Part shown: piece by piece, positions 24,720-37,415 of the stretch
Numbering within the stretch: position 1 is the first letter of the stretch
Layout: each line of letters opens with the position of its first letter
Assembly (NCBI GenBank): GCA_024137785.1
Contig: JAHRHZ010000133.1
Coordinates: forward strand, 34,115,905 to 34,179,904
Length of the DNA: 64,000 bases
Source: Ginglymostoma cirratum
Lineage: Eukaryota
Direction: 5' to 3'
The notes under the pieces: generated by a model
The model's input: the letters and a program-made list of their open reading frames with translations, nothing else
Database searches by the model: none
What the model was told of the DNA's origin: nothing
Made by a program: the position numbers and the translations under genes

Positions 24720-26270
24720 TGCGGTCAGGTGGGGTTGGGTGAGGAAGGCATCAGAACTGGAACTGCCTCACCAGAGATGTCAATTCCTTGTACCCTTTCT
24801 CAATTTTACTTTTCCTGACCACTCAAAATTCTCTGGAAGCTATGAGATAGAGACAATTTGCTGCACTGGCATTGATCAACCAAGACAAGCCTTCCCTCTA
24901 TCCTCAGTCAGCTGACATTCTCAGCCTATAGGCCATCGGTGAAGATCATCATGCACTTGGATGCCTGCCTCATCTCATTCTTCCTGCAGGTGGCCACTGC
25001 TTTCATGGATGTAGATGTCAAAGTAGGGACTTGAGACAACATTCAGATGCACTAAATCAGTCTTTGTTAAGCGCAGTCCCTTGGGAAAGACTGACAAGTC
25101 TTCACACATGCTCTTATCCAGAATATTCCTCTTCGCTAACAGTTGCCGAGTCTCAGCAGCTGCGTACAGTCTTAGAACTTGGAATGTATCTTCTGACATG
25201 GACGCTCCATTGCTATCCCTGTTTTTAGCTCCTGCTCCCGCTCACTTGGGACATGTGGTTCACCATGTAAGAACTCCCTTTGTAGCCAGGCAAAGGTGTG
25301 AATAAATCAGTGATGACGCATTGGGAGGAAGAGTGTCATTTTCTGAGCAACTTTCATCCTCCTCCAGTACCATGTCATGAGAGATTATTGCAAGACCTGT
25401 GTGAGATCAAAAACATAGCTTAGAATTGAAAAGCTGATAGGATTATAACTAACTATTGTGAAAATTGTATTCTTTGTTAGCTGTTAACATCAAACCAATC
25501 CAAATGAGTATTACATGCCATGTAACTCTGATTTTTAATTTGGCTATCATGTAGCTGGGAAACACTTCGTTCTCCATCTCCATAGGCCAAGCATGTGAAG
25601 AGCTGACCTATCTCCATCACTTGATCTTCTGTAGTTTTCAAGGAAAAAATGGAAAAGAGAGCCGCATCTCATTCCCTGTTTCTTCCTGGTGTTCAAGCCT
25701 ATAATTATGAGCTATGGAATATTTCATGATGATGGAGAGACCAACACTTTTGGAGGATCACAATAAGATGAAGGTGAGTGTCTAGTGGTAGTGGATAGGA
25801 TAGGGGTGTGAATTTGTACCCTGGCCCAGGAAGATGGTGTCCCTGTCAGGCCTCTTGGGCTGTGGGATGCAGATGGAAGCCAAAGAAGGCATATGCTGGG
25901 GTGGGGGAGGGTGTGGTGGGGAGTGGGTACTTGCACATGAATGGCATAAATTCAATACAACACACATCAAGGTTATTCAGTCGATTTAGGCCATATTACA
26001 TATCTTGCCACTTGGCATTTCTTCCCTGGATAAGAACCCTTTTGAAACACTTTGCCAAGGATTGACTGTGATTGTGCAGAATGATTGAAGCCTCAAACCC
26101 TAGCTATACTGCCTCTGAAACTTTCAGCCACACCTGCCTGTTTTCAGAGGCAGGAATCACACTCCCTTTGGTGAGAGAACAGTTTATCCCATGTGCCTAT
26201 ACAATCCACAGTACCATCTCCAAGGCCACATCGTTGAAATGGGATCTCAGCTTCCCATTTGATCCTCCAT
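24720..26270 (-). pseudogene. Remnant of a spliced Harbinger-type Myb/SANT-like accessory gene (ORF1)
   Basis: 26270-26104 translates 'GKLRSHFNDVALEMVLWIV*...PASENRQVWLKVSEAV', a Myb/SANT-like 'PRF.D..LE.L...W..V' pattern. Downstream blocks start after polypyrimidine+AG acceptors at 25628 ('EDQVMEIG...GDGE') and 25396 (acidic/Ser-rich segment, then ORF 24975-25199). Stops and frameshifts present. Confidence 0.5.
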
Positions 26271-26344
26271 CTCTTCAGGTTTTGCCAATGTCCACAAACT
26301 TCTAACATCCTTAAAGCCCAATCTTCATAGCAGTGAAGCTAAGA

Positions 26345-26575
26345 GAAACTGAGATGAATTTCAATCGAGATTCCAAGACATATTTTCTTGAAGTTAACCT
26401 TAATGTCCAGGTCAATATTAATCCATCAGTGCGACATCTGTGCAAATTGACTGCCTCTTCTCCTGCATTACAACAATAACCATCTAAAATGTATTTAATC
26501 GGCTGTAAAGTGCTGTTAATAAACTGTGATCATGAAAAGTGCTATTTAGATGCAAATCTACAGTTCTTTCTTTGT
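26345..26575 (+). mobile_element. 3' half of a DeuSINE-type (SacSINE1-like) SINE
   Basis: 'tgtgcaaattgactgcc...cctgcattacaaca...ggctgtaaagtgct...tgaaaagtgctatttagatgcaa...tctttcttt' is the reverse complement of the 27490 copy's tail. Family name is from recall. Confidence 0.65.
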
Positions 26576-26929
26576 TATGTCCCTCACTTTAATTAGTCAG
26601 GGTAACCTCAGTTTCAAATATAATGGCAGGATTAGGAGCCAGTTGGTAACATAGTGCTGACCTCGCTTGTTGTGGGTGGCTTCAAAGTTAAATCTTACAT
26701 CCATAAACTCTGCTTGCCAATTACATTTCCTTGCAACTGTTCTAATTTAAGTTACCAACAATTTTCTCTGGCCATCTCAAATTCCTTCAGAACCAGCTTG
26801 GGTATCAGTTACAAAGTGTTGCCCCTGCACTCAAGTCATGCTTTCTTTTTGTTTATCCTATAGCTTAGTTGCAACCTGCATTTCACTCACACCATCTGGG
26901 ACTTACAGACATGGAGAGCAAGGGAAAGG

Positions 26930-27300
26930 CATAGAATTAGTAACAGAGATGGACTTGTGTGAGGCATAGAGGGACTTGAAGATAAAATGAGAGGTTTTTA
27001 ATTTAGTGCATTTGCGTAATCAAGCACCGATAGAGATACGACAAGAAAAGGATTGATGGGTAAAGCAGGATATATAGTGCAAGGCAAGAAAATCTTTTGT
27101 TCTGAGAAAGTTTGAAGTTTTTGATGGGTAGAGGATGGACATCTAGCTGGGTCAATATTAGAGAAACCAAACCGAGATATGACAAATTAGTGGATGAACA
27201 TTTCGCCAGGAGTGCCGAAAGGATTTCCTGTTGGCAGGGGTAATGTTACATTGAAAGAGGGGATTATTGCAGACATGAATGATAGCATTTTTTGATTTGT
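26930..27300 (-). mobile_element. L2-clade LINE 3' remnant
   Basis: Minus strand 'gaaatgttcatccactaatttgtcatatctcggtttggtttctctaat' corresponds to the 'E.LIHAFVISRLDY.N' block also seen at 22214-22255. Confidence 0.55.
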
Positions 27301-27410
27301 GTAAACAATGGTAATTGAAGCTGAGCCTGAAGTCAAGTTGGTCATTTCAGCCTGAACAAAAGTGACCAGGTCCACTTTCCTCTAACAGTCAAATAGATTT
27401 GCAATTGATC

Positions 27411-27474
27411 AATACAGTGTAGGGCTGAAGGAACACAGCAGGTCAGGCAGCGTCGAAGGAGCAGAAAAGCCAAT
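27411..27474 (-). mobile_element. 64-bp Penelope pseudo-LTR fragment with 15-bp TSD
   Basis: Homologous to 30228-30294. Flanked by gatttgcaattgatc (27396-27410) and gatttgtaattaatc (27475-27489). Confidence 0.75.
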
Positions 27475-27489
27475 GATTTGTAATTAATC

Positions 27490-27905
27490 TTCATCATTCA
27501 CAACCACAGGCCATACCAAAGCACTTTATAGCTTATGAAGTATAGGTATTGCTGTCATATGGGAAATGTCACAGCCTATTTGTACCAGTAAGGCCACACA
27601 AGTAGCAACCTGATAATGACCTTGTAATCTATTGTACTGATCTGAGTTAATGCATAGGCATGGACTAAGCTTTCATGCAAAATGTTTCCTCTTCAAAATA
27701 GTCCTACGGGTTCTTATAAGTGCACCAAAAGGGCAGACAGAATCTTACTTTAATTGTCATCTGAAAAGGCAGCAAGGCCAACAATGTAGCACTCTGCTCA
27801 TGACTGCACTGGAGTGGCAGCTGCACTTCTGTGCTCAAGAACTGAAAGTAGAGCTGGAACCTAGAATCTTATAAATTAGCAGCAAGAGCGCTACCAGTGG
27901 AACCA
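27490..27905 (-). mobile_element. DeuSINE-type (SacSINE1-like) tRNA-derived SINE, decayed
   Basis: Minus strand has a tRNA-like head (tggtagcgctcttgct...ggttccagctc), then 'ccagtgcagtcatgagcagagtgctacattgttggccttgctgccttttcagatgac...tctgtctgccc', which resembles the Deu central domain as recalled; tail matches 26345-26575. Confidence 0.65.
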
Positions 27906-30225
27906 CCATTGAATCCTTCCTGTGAATGCATGAAAGTGTATTATCTTTTTGTAATGTAGTAAGGGATCAAACTTTATTGTGTAAACAGTAGAATCTTTGC
28001 CTCTTTTCATCAATTTGAAAGTCTTTTTCAAATGTACTGTAGTAAATTCATTTCTAATCCATTCATCTGCCTTTCATTTTTAACCCTACATTCCTACGTA
28101 TGATCTGTAGAAGCAAGCTCAAGTTTCAAGTCTAAGGTCATTATTTGCTCTTGGTTCATCTTTCACGGGTTACTTGGTTGCTTTTTCTGCACCTGTAACA
28201 TTACCCATCAGTTCATTAAAGTTTTACAGACTTTCTAACAGTGCAAATTGATTTTTCAATTCTGTCCAAAAGTACTCAGCTCATTAGCTTTTCACCTCGC
28301 ACCAATCAAAATTTGCTGAGATTCTTTATTTCATATTAAGAATCTCATCAAAGCTACTCCCACTTGCCACTCTAGCAACATTTGCATGCAGGTTCCGACT
28401 GCATTCCTGAAGCAACTTTGAGAAAATATCTTGTGTAGAGTCTTCAATTTGAAAGAGAGAGATGGAAAGTTAAGCTGTCCGTGACCACTTCATTGTATAA
28501 AATTGAAGTAGCAAGGCCAATTTCCTTGACCTACCTCTCACACCTGTGAAATTTCCGAACTACATTTGATCCAATATTAAGTCTGGCCATTTTTGATTCA
28601 TTTCTACAGCCATTGAAAACAGATGTATGACCCACTAGATTTACAAATAAGGAGCCCAAGACCTGTTTTAGGCTGTCCTACCAAAATTGGTTCTAGGTGA
28701 CCACTACATAAAGTTGAGTTCATGTTAAAACTGTTGGTATGGGGATCAAAGTGTCCTCTGACTCTGCATGCTCCTGATCATCTCTGTCTAATTTAATTCT
28801 AGCACATCTTCTGAGACTTATCTGTTAGAGAAGCATGGAACACAGAGCTCTTCAGCTGGGTTAGTGCTGTAGAGGTGTGACAAACAATAACAGCTTACTC
28901 AGTGAATATTCATGATGCCTAAAATGTTCTCAGTTCTGGTGTGTATTAGACTTAGATACTCCAAGTTGGACACTGACATACTTCTGTCACGTAATCTATT
29001 AAGTCTACTCACTTCCACCATAAAAGCCACGAAGTATAGACAACTTCATTCTTTTTACTTTTTCCTGATGGCCTATAAATCTCATCTTGGTTGCAGGTGC
29101 TGTTATCGGGGGTGGGGGGGGAGGTGGGAAATGTTCATTTCCCGAATGATTTATGTCGGAGTTCACAGTAAGCTGTTATTTTCTTCTTGACAGGATGATC
29201 AAATATGATCGTTTTAGTTGCACTCGTCAACTTACAACTTTTCAATGACATTGATATGCTGTTCCCAATTGTGAAGTTTTCAAATGTTTTCTATCTGTAT
29301 ATCATGACCATTAAGTTGCATTGATTGATTGGGCAGCAATTATGCTCTGTTTTTCCAAAATTGTCACCTATAATGTATGCACTAATATATACAGTTGGTT
29401 AATACCTAATATTACAGGTTTATGATGTCAAAACTCAAGGTGCAAATTGTTATATCTTTTAAAATATCTAGACTTACTATAGATTAGTAGAACACCATCT
29501 TGCACTTACTGTGATTTTGTATTTCTGTAACCTATCCATCCGATTTTCAGTATCTTAATGATAACCCTTTTGTATTTCATGAGTTGATATTGATAAGTGT
29601 TTGTTGTATATAATCTTCTTTCAGCAAATCAGTCATGAACATACGCCATGAGCATGAGCAATGTAAGCTATGTGACAATCATTGGCAGAATTGGGTGGCA
29701 AGGGTGAAGATGCTCACCTTGATGTTGAGATCACCTCTATGAATCTATTATGTTTTTCATAAGCAATGTGGGGAGATTGTTTTCTAGGCATTAGCAAGAG
29801 GACAATTGTTAAATTCCTTGATTATGCCACGAACAAACCTCTTAATATTCAGTCCACTATCTTGCCAAACAAACTAGATATTGAGAAAACTCAATGTGGA
29901 AACCAAAGTGAGCTCCTCATGGATTCAACTCGATGCTTGCTCTGAACAACCTCTAATGTTGGAAATGGGGCAGCAAGATCTCAGGGCATATTCTGTGGGC
30001 ACCAGCCACATGCACTCCCACCTCCATGGACATTGGCATCCAATATATGGCAGTCTCTTAGAACCTTCATGACACACCTCCAATTCAATTATGGTATGTT
30101 TCTGAACTTCAGTGCAGCACCTTAAGCTTCACCAGTGACTATCATTGAGACACAATGAACACCCTGTGCATTTAGGGCTACACACCCAGCTCATCAACTG
30201 GGCCAGGCTACATCTCAGGGCTCTT

Positions 30226-30468
30226 AAATAACACAGTGTGGAGCTGAAGGAACACAGCAGGCCAGGCAGCATCAGAAGAGCAGGAAAGCTGACGTTTCGG
30301 GTCGGCACCCTTCTTCAGAAATAGTCAGAATCAGAATTCCCATTTCTGAAGAAGGGTCCCGACCCGAAACACCAGCTTTCCTGCTCCTCTGATGCTACCT
30401 GGCCTGCTGTGTTCCCCCAGCTCCACACTGTGTTATCTCAGACTCCAGCATCAGCAGTTCTTACTACC
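30226..30468. mobile_element. Fold-back Penelope pseudo-LTR mini-insertion with perfect 13-bp TSD
   Basis: Inverted arms 30228-30322 and 30342-30436 with a 19-nt spacer and a ~30-bp tail. TSD tctcagggctctt at 30213-30225 and 30469-30481. Confidence 0.9.
30291..30318 (-). ncRNA. Minimal type I hammerhead ribozyme motif
   Basis: Minus strand CUGAAGA-A-GGGU GCCG ACCC-GAAA-CG-UC: both conserved boxes, a perfect 4-bp stem II, and a palindromic ACGU stem III. Activity not demonstrated. Confidence 0.7.
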
Positions 30469-32599
30469 TCTCAGGGCTCTTTGTTGCTCTCATATCACTC
30501 ACTAATTCTGGATGCTCCTTCGTAAGACCTCAGACTATACTTCAGAGGAAGTACATATTATTGTTAGCTAAAAAGATTTAGCAGCTAACTTGCACCAAGC
30601 TAGAAACAATTAACTCTTCCCAGGAATAGTACTTTAAATCCTGATGGATGGAGTTTATCTCATAATGCCAGTTCACCCGTTCAGTTACAAACTGCCTGTT
30701 ACAACAGTGAGCATTGTTGAGGAAGATGCGGGTAAGATTAAAATAAAGGCCAATTAACCCTATTGCAGGCAGTCTGGCTCAGAATCCCTCCAAATGACTC
30801 GGTATGGCAGGCATTATCATACTAATTTTACCTCAGATTACCATGGAAGTGTAAACAGTCTTACAGCAGGTGAATCTCAATATATCATACTGCTACTTTG
30901 CAGGAAACACATGAGTAATATTCTTCACTAACACGGTGCTGCCATGGAGCCTAAAATGTTGACTACCACAAAAATGAATAATGTGGTATATGAGTTTCAG
31001 TGTTGATGAGATGCTAGATAGGTAGCCTTTATATCCTAATGGCTGGCTGATCATATTCAAGATCACATTCATTTGAATGTCTGCGATGGGCTGCATGCTG
31101 ATTGGATACAAATGTGCTTGCAAACCTCAGAACATCACATCCAAATTAGATTTGATTCAGCTCTAAATAATCCTGACTGTGCCTAGAATTATATTTGAAG
31201 CCAGTTTAAGTTTATCAGGTTGAGTTCACAATGATTTATTTGCACATGCCGAGAGTTACATATACTCATACCGCAGGATCCAATTCTTACGTTGCACCTT
31301 TTTAGTTGACTAAAGGGTTATGTAATCCCCTCTGCACTAATCTTGCAATGCCCTGATCAATTGGAGTTGAATTAAATTCAGACAGCTAACCAGGATTGAC
31401 AGTGAGCAGTTCCTGCTGCGGCCCCACACTGAAATTGCTCCAATAAATCAGAACATTTTTCTCATGCTGTGTAAGTTGATGTTCCCTTGCTAAGTCTGGT
31501 TTAAAATAACATGTGCAGGAAACAATAATTTTGCTTTTTTTAAGGCAACGTGAGTGTACCTGGTTGCAGAAAGTTGGTGGATTTTTAAGATAGACGAAAT
31601 AAAAGCAAGGAAAGGCATAAATCTATGTCATCAACACGACATTAGGAGGTGGGTGCCTGCATGGCTAAGCTAAAAATTATTGCACAACTGCATCAATGAA
31701 ATTGCAAGACGCACACAATACAACTGAACCATAATAATTTAACAAGTATGATTAGAACAGAGACAATTTAAATTTGGAAATTCAGAACATACTTGCTTTT
31801 CTGTAGTGGCGGTTCACAGGTCTCCAAAGAACAAGTTCAGGCTACCAGGAAATGATCTAGAAAATTTGTTCAACAAAAATATTCTTAAGCTTGAAAGATT
31901 TCATGAATGTGGTAAACGACTGCTCTAATGCATTTATTGAGAATCTTATCTTGCCAATGTTGGCCTCTTCGTGGTTTCCTGCTCAGTTGTAATTGAAAAT
32001 AATCTTCGAATTTTTGTTTTGCCATTGATAATGGATTGAAAAATGTCTATACTATCTTTGTCCATGTTCTTAATATAAAGATCAAAACACATCTGGCTGG
32101 TCAGATTTGATTTTTTTCAGATTTATGTAATCTGGTCAACCAGGAAACCTGTTCCAATGAACTTGTTAATTAGTTTAAAATGTATTACTGAATAGAAATA
32201 TAATATGCAATGTCCTGCCAGGTTTTAACAGTGAGGAGATATCTCCAGTTTTCTTGCTGGCTGTAGAAAAATAGGAGAAAAAAAAAGACAGAAAGAGAGA
32301 TCATGATAATTCAAGTCAATAAGTATCATCAGCAACATCAAAATACTGACATTTTGATTAAATAGATAGGGACAAAGATGAAGAATGTAAAAGGTAGTTT
32401 TAGTGTAGAATTTGTGTCAAAATGGGTAAGAAATAGAGGAATTGTCTCAAGCCCAAGGCAGAGATTCCATAGTCATAGATTACAGTTTTGTACTGCAATT
32501 TTATTCCAATCTTCATGTGTTGTTATCTTTTACTGTTCCCTTAAATAATTAGGTTTTTCAAAGTAGCTAACAGTAGAAACAATCTTATGATCGTCTTTT

Positions 32600-32805
32600 T
32601 TTGACAAATTTAATGGATATAATTCTCATGCAGAAGGAAAATTCTTAGATTAATGTGATATACAAGGGAGTTAAGGTTATAGCGGGAGAATACTGGAAAA
32701 TGAAGTTGAACCCACAATCAGAGCAGTCATTAATCTTATTGAATCACAGAGCAACCTTGAATAGCTGAATATCCTATTTCTGCTCCTCAATGTTATGTTC
32801 CTATA
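32600..32805 (+). mobile_element. CR1 3' UTR fragment
   Basis: 'gattc/attcttagat...aagggagttaaggttatagcggga...aatcttattgaatcacagagcaaccttgaatagctgaatatcctatttctgctcct' matches the CR1 tail at 8680-8830. Confidence 0.6.
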
Positions 32806-33439
32806 TCATTCCCATTTTATGGCTGTCTATGGTGACATCCTTTCACACTAATACTAATTTAGATAATTGGACAGAAGAACAGATTTACATATACTCATTA
32901 GAATTAATGCTCATACTGGAACAAAGAGCTAGATCATGCTTGTTATCTATGATAGATCATGCATATTGGCCACCTGGCCTGACAGCTTCAACCATGTTTA
33001 TATGGTCATTTCAACTGCACAGAATTGCTGAAAATTGGATCTGCAGACTCATTTCTCCATCTTAGTGAATGTTGGTCAACAATCATGTATCAAAATATAT
33101 AATCAACCAATTTGTCCATTAAGCTGGCCATGGATAAATATTGGGTGGGGATGCAAATTAATGGAAGAAAGTGGGTGTCTATGCTGTTGCTGTGGAATTA
33201 AGCATGTAATTCTGTTCCACCTGGTTCCACATTAAAATTGGTGAAAAACAAAAACTTAGCTGTTCTTTACTATCCTCAAGTAGTCCCTTCAAGGAACACT
33301 GGTTCAACGGTTTGCAGATTCAGCAAAACTGAGTGAGCATGCACAGCATATGTTCTGTTTTACTTTGTTCAATGCAGCACCAAGATACAGAAACAAGTAA
33401 TAAGCCTCTGATAATTTATTCAAAGGCATCTAATAACTG

Positions 33440-34578
33440 TTCCATCTTTCTCAAGCTGCCTGTATTTTGGCACAGTTGACCACACCATTCTCCTTTACTG
33501 CCTGTCCACTGTCTTCCAGCTGGGTGGGGCTAAGACACCCCTGGTTCCATTATCATCTAACTCATCGTAACCAGCAAATAGCCTGCATTGGCTTGTCTTG
33601 CAGATCCTACACCACTGTCTCTGATGTCTATGAAAGGCCTATCATTGCCTCTTCCTTTTTGTCATGCGCACACTGCTCTTCAGTGATAACATTCAAAAAC
33701 ACAAACTCAAGTTCCCCAAGTACACTGAAGACATCTAAGTTTTACTTCAACAGTACCATTCTCACCCTTCCCCTGTCTCTAAATGATCATCCTCCTTGTG
33801 GATGAGCAGAAATTTCTTTTGATTAAATATTGGAAGAACAAAACAATTGATTTTAATCCTCAGTCAAAATGCAGTTCCTTGGAGCAACAATTCCATTCCT
33901 CTTGCTGGAAACATTCTGAGGCTAAATTAAAATATTTACAATCTTGATGTGCTATTTTTCCAAGAGATAAGCTGTCAAAAACAGACCTGGTTCATCACAT
34001 GGCTATCTATTTTTACCTCCATAACATTGTCTGTCCAAATTTTCCTCTGCCTCAGCCCATCTGCTGCTGAAATTCACATTCATATCCTTTTCGCCACTAG
34101 AACTAGAACTTAGTATCCTAATTGCCTCCTTGGCACTGTCCATTAACTTCATTAATTGTACCAAACCTTGTTCATCCACCATTCCTTGTTGACTTTGTTA
34201 AGCAACACTAGCACTTGATTAGGCAATGCCTTGACTTCCAAATTTGCATCCTTCTTCTCATATTCTTCCATGCCCCTTCCCTATCTCATTAATTTCTTTC
34301 AGTCCAAAACTCTCCTTGATCTTACAACTTAACTAATTCTGGCCTCCTGAAGATCCCTGATTTGGATTGTTCCACCATTGAAGGCCACGCTTTTGATTGT
34401 TTAAGGCTATAATTGCCTGGAATTCTCTTCATACACCTTTCTGACTGTCTGACTCACACAACCCTTTTAAAATGCCTCTTAAAACCTACTTCATTGACCA
34501 AGCCTCTGGCCATTTATCTTGATCTGTATTTGAGTTATCAAATTTTATTTGGTAATATTTCTACAAAGTGCCTTGGGC
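33440..34578 (+). mobile_element. L2-clade LINE remnant
   Basis: Decayed 'F(G)TVDHTILL..LS.V.QLGG....WFH.HL..R.Q' (33465-33575), 'LS(P)SAAEIHIH.F' (~34050-34095), and an L2-type 3' end. Confidence 0.75.
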
Positions 34579-37332
34579 TTCAGCAACCTAAATCTAAGAA
34601 CAATTGTTTTAGGCAGGTGCTCAGTCGCGAGTTGCTAGTTTGGTCGTTAGCCCCACCTCTGGAGAGAGAGAATAGGGATTGCACTTGGCCCAATCAGGCT
34701 GAGAAATGTGTCCTCCTCTGGAAATATTGTGCCAAAAAAGTGTAACAATGACCATGTTATTCCCATACATGAAAACAAAATACTTCAGACATCTATTTTA
34801 TGCAGCTTGAATCTAGAGTTTGATTGTCTGTAATATTATGTAATTAGCTTGAGAGGAAGTTTTCCATTTATGAACAATAATTCAGCTCAGTGCTTTAAAA
34901 TATCATATAAAGTATATCCACCAGAGTGCAGAGGGTAAGGGGGCAAAGTGACTAATGAAGCAGCTCAGTGTTATTTGCTAACATTAATGGTAGTTCTGAT
35001 CAAATGGGAGTTGCTTAATTTGGGAGTTGCAACACATTTATTTTGGATTCTGAAACAACACAATTTTAACAAAATGTCCTAATCTTTAATAGAAATCAAG
35101 CACTTTTTCTTCTCTAGTAATTTCTGTCAAAAATCCAGAATAGTAAATGATGGTGAATGATATCAGACTGTGTTCTTCAATTTTGCATACAACACTGTCA
35201 ATCCAAAAATTGTGCCTTTGCGAATTTTTTTTAAAACTTGAACCATTAAAGAGGTGTTAAAATCATCATTTAAACAGTATTGTTTCTTCAAGTGTCTCAG
35301 AAAGCTTGCATGAAAGATTGTCAAGTCTACAGTGCTAGATTTAATCCTCCCGCAGCAACAGGTTTGACAGATGGGTTATGTTAAATCCAGCACAGAACTT
35401 GTCTGCTGATTTCCCTCCTACCCTTACACCTAACAAACATATATCAGTGGTGGGTGCTGTATCAGGAAGCCCACCTGCCAGCAGATCTTACAGGTTTCCT
35501 TGCATGGGCTGTGATGGGTTTGGGAGTGCATCCTAAATGGTAATCCCATAGTGCTTTATGACGATACCCTTCCTCCATGTTTTATCCTCCCCACACTGTT
35601 CTCACCAATGGCCTCGAAAACCCCAGGCCTACCACCCCCAACCCTTCCCAGGCCCTGTCAGCTTGTCACCCAGTGAGATTCAAAAATGATTCAGCGCTGC
35701 ACGCCCAAAGTGATGGATCATTTACTCTCCCAGGTGGGACATTGTGGTCTAGAAGAACGGATGAACCACCTGCAGCCTGTTAAGAACCTGTGATCTCCTC
35801 CATAGGCTCCTCCACACCCCTCTCCCTGACTTTTCAACAAGCTCTGTTGGGGGGAGAATCCTTTATAATTTAGCCTACAGAGGCTGACAGACATTAAGCT
35901 CTAATTCGGCAGTTTCCAAGCAATGGTGTAATTTTATATTTTATGTTTGGATTAATTATTCTGATTTTTTTTCTCATCAAAGCACAAACCACTATGTAAA
36001 TTACATTGAGACGGTGTGATCCCATTTTATTGCAACAACAGAGGTTTTAAATCCAAATGCGAGTTGCTGTAATTAGGAGCAGGTCTGTCATTGTTTAAAA
36101 GCCTCTGTCAGAGCGTGTAGGCTCAGTAAATGGAATCCACAAAATCAAATCATTGCAAAAGCTTCTGTCGCTTAGCAACACACAACCACTAAGTCAGTCA
36201 CTGGTGGTTCAAATGACTCTTATTGTATATTTTAGATTTCACATGTATTAAGAGGGCCAGCGATGCTTATTTGTACGGTTATCATTGTTGCTTAAAACAT
36301 GATCACTATTATGTTAGACTTAATCTTCAAACTAATTAAAATATAGTGGTTTATGATTATGGCCACAGCAATTGTTCTCTAGCTCCAATGAGATGAGATT
36401 GCATTTCCTTGGATACTGTAACTGCTCCAATCCAAACGTTTTAGCATCAAGCCATTTGTGAATTTCAGGATTTCCTAGATTATAGAATGATGTTGGAATG
36501 TACAACCATAACCATGCAAACCAGCAAATTATGTTGACATAAATATTTACCTGAAATATTAAGTTGTGATAAAACTTATACAGCTGTATTAAAATTGCTT
36601 TACTTGACCAAACAGTGTAAGTTCCATGTTTCTTCTCCCAACGTATTATTCTAAAATGATGTCAAATAGCCCATGTAGTAAGTCCATAAGTTGTTCAAGT
36701 TAGCTCAAAAGTATCCAGACAACTGATCTTTCCAAATAATAGATTTTTGCTCTGGATATTCATAGTGTATAATGAACAAACAAATTTAAAATGTGAATCA
36801 TGGAGCTTTGTGCAATGCCATACCACACCATTCATTGTCACGCACCCACTCATTCAATATAGCAGTCTCCTCTTCCACTGAAATAAAGACTATTAATAAA
36901 ATAACCATCTGTTTTGTGTCAAGTCAAACATAGAATTGTGCCAAAATCTGATTCAAAATGTATGTTGTACTGATATTAAACAGAATCCCATGCAGGTGAT
37001 TGTATTTGAAGACAGAAATTAAAACCTTTAGGCATTGTTGGTGAAAATTTAATGAGACCAAGAAGTAGTTTTGGGGATTATGTTAAGAGATTAACCTATG
37101 TCTGTGAATGCAATGTTAGCAGCATGCAAACTTCATCCTGCCCACTGATTTAAATGATTGTAATGTGCAGCCCTCTTCTGAGCGGCTACACATCTCATGA
37201 GGGTCACCAAAGTTCATGGAAGGTTATTGCCACTTAAAGAAGCCTACATCTCTTAAAGATGAAGTCCTTTCAAGTGATAGCAGGTGTTAGAAGTGGCTGG
37301 AGAGGACTGTTGCTCATGTAACGTAAGTGATT

Positions 37333-37415
37333 ATGATGCAACAAGGCAGAGATCATGCACCAAGGTTTCCTGATGTGGCAATAGAGATTTTAGTGCAGGA
37401 TGTGGACAGGAACAT
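37333..37415 (+). pseudogene. Harbinger-type Myb/SANT-like ORF1 N-terminal fragment
   Basis: Translates MMQQGRDHAPRFPDVAIEILVQDVDRN, the same 'APRF.D..LE.LV..V' start as the 26270 and 58277 remnants. Confidence 0.5.

Noticed and set aside
35332-35876. Possible MITE bounded by gtgctagattt / aatttagcct
   Set aside because: The terminal match is too short and degenerate, with no TSD or second copy to support it.
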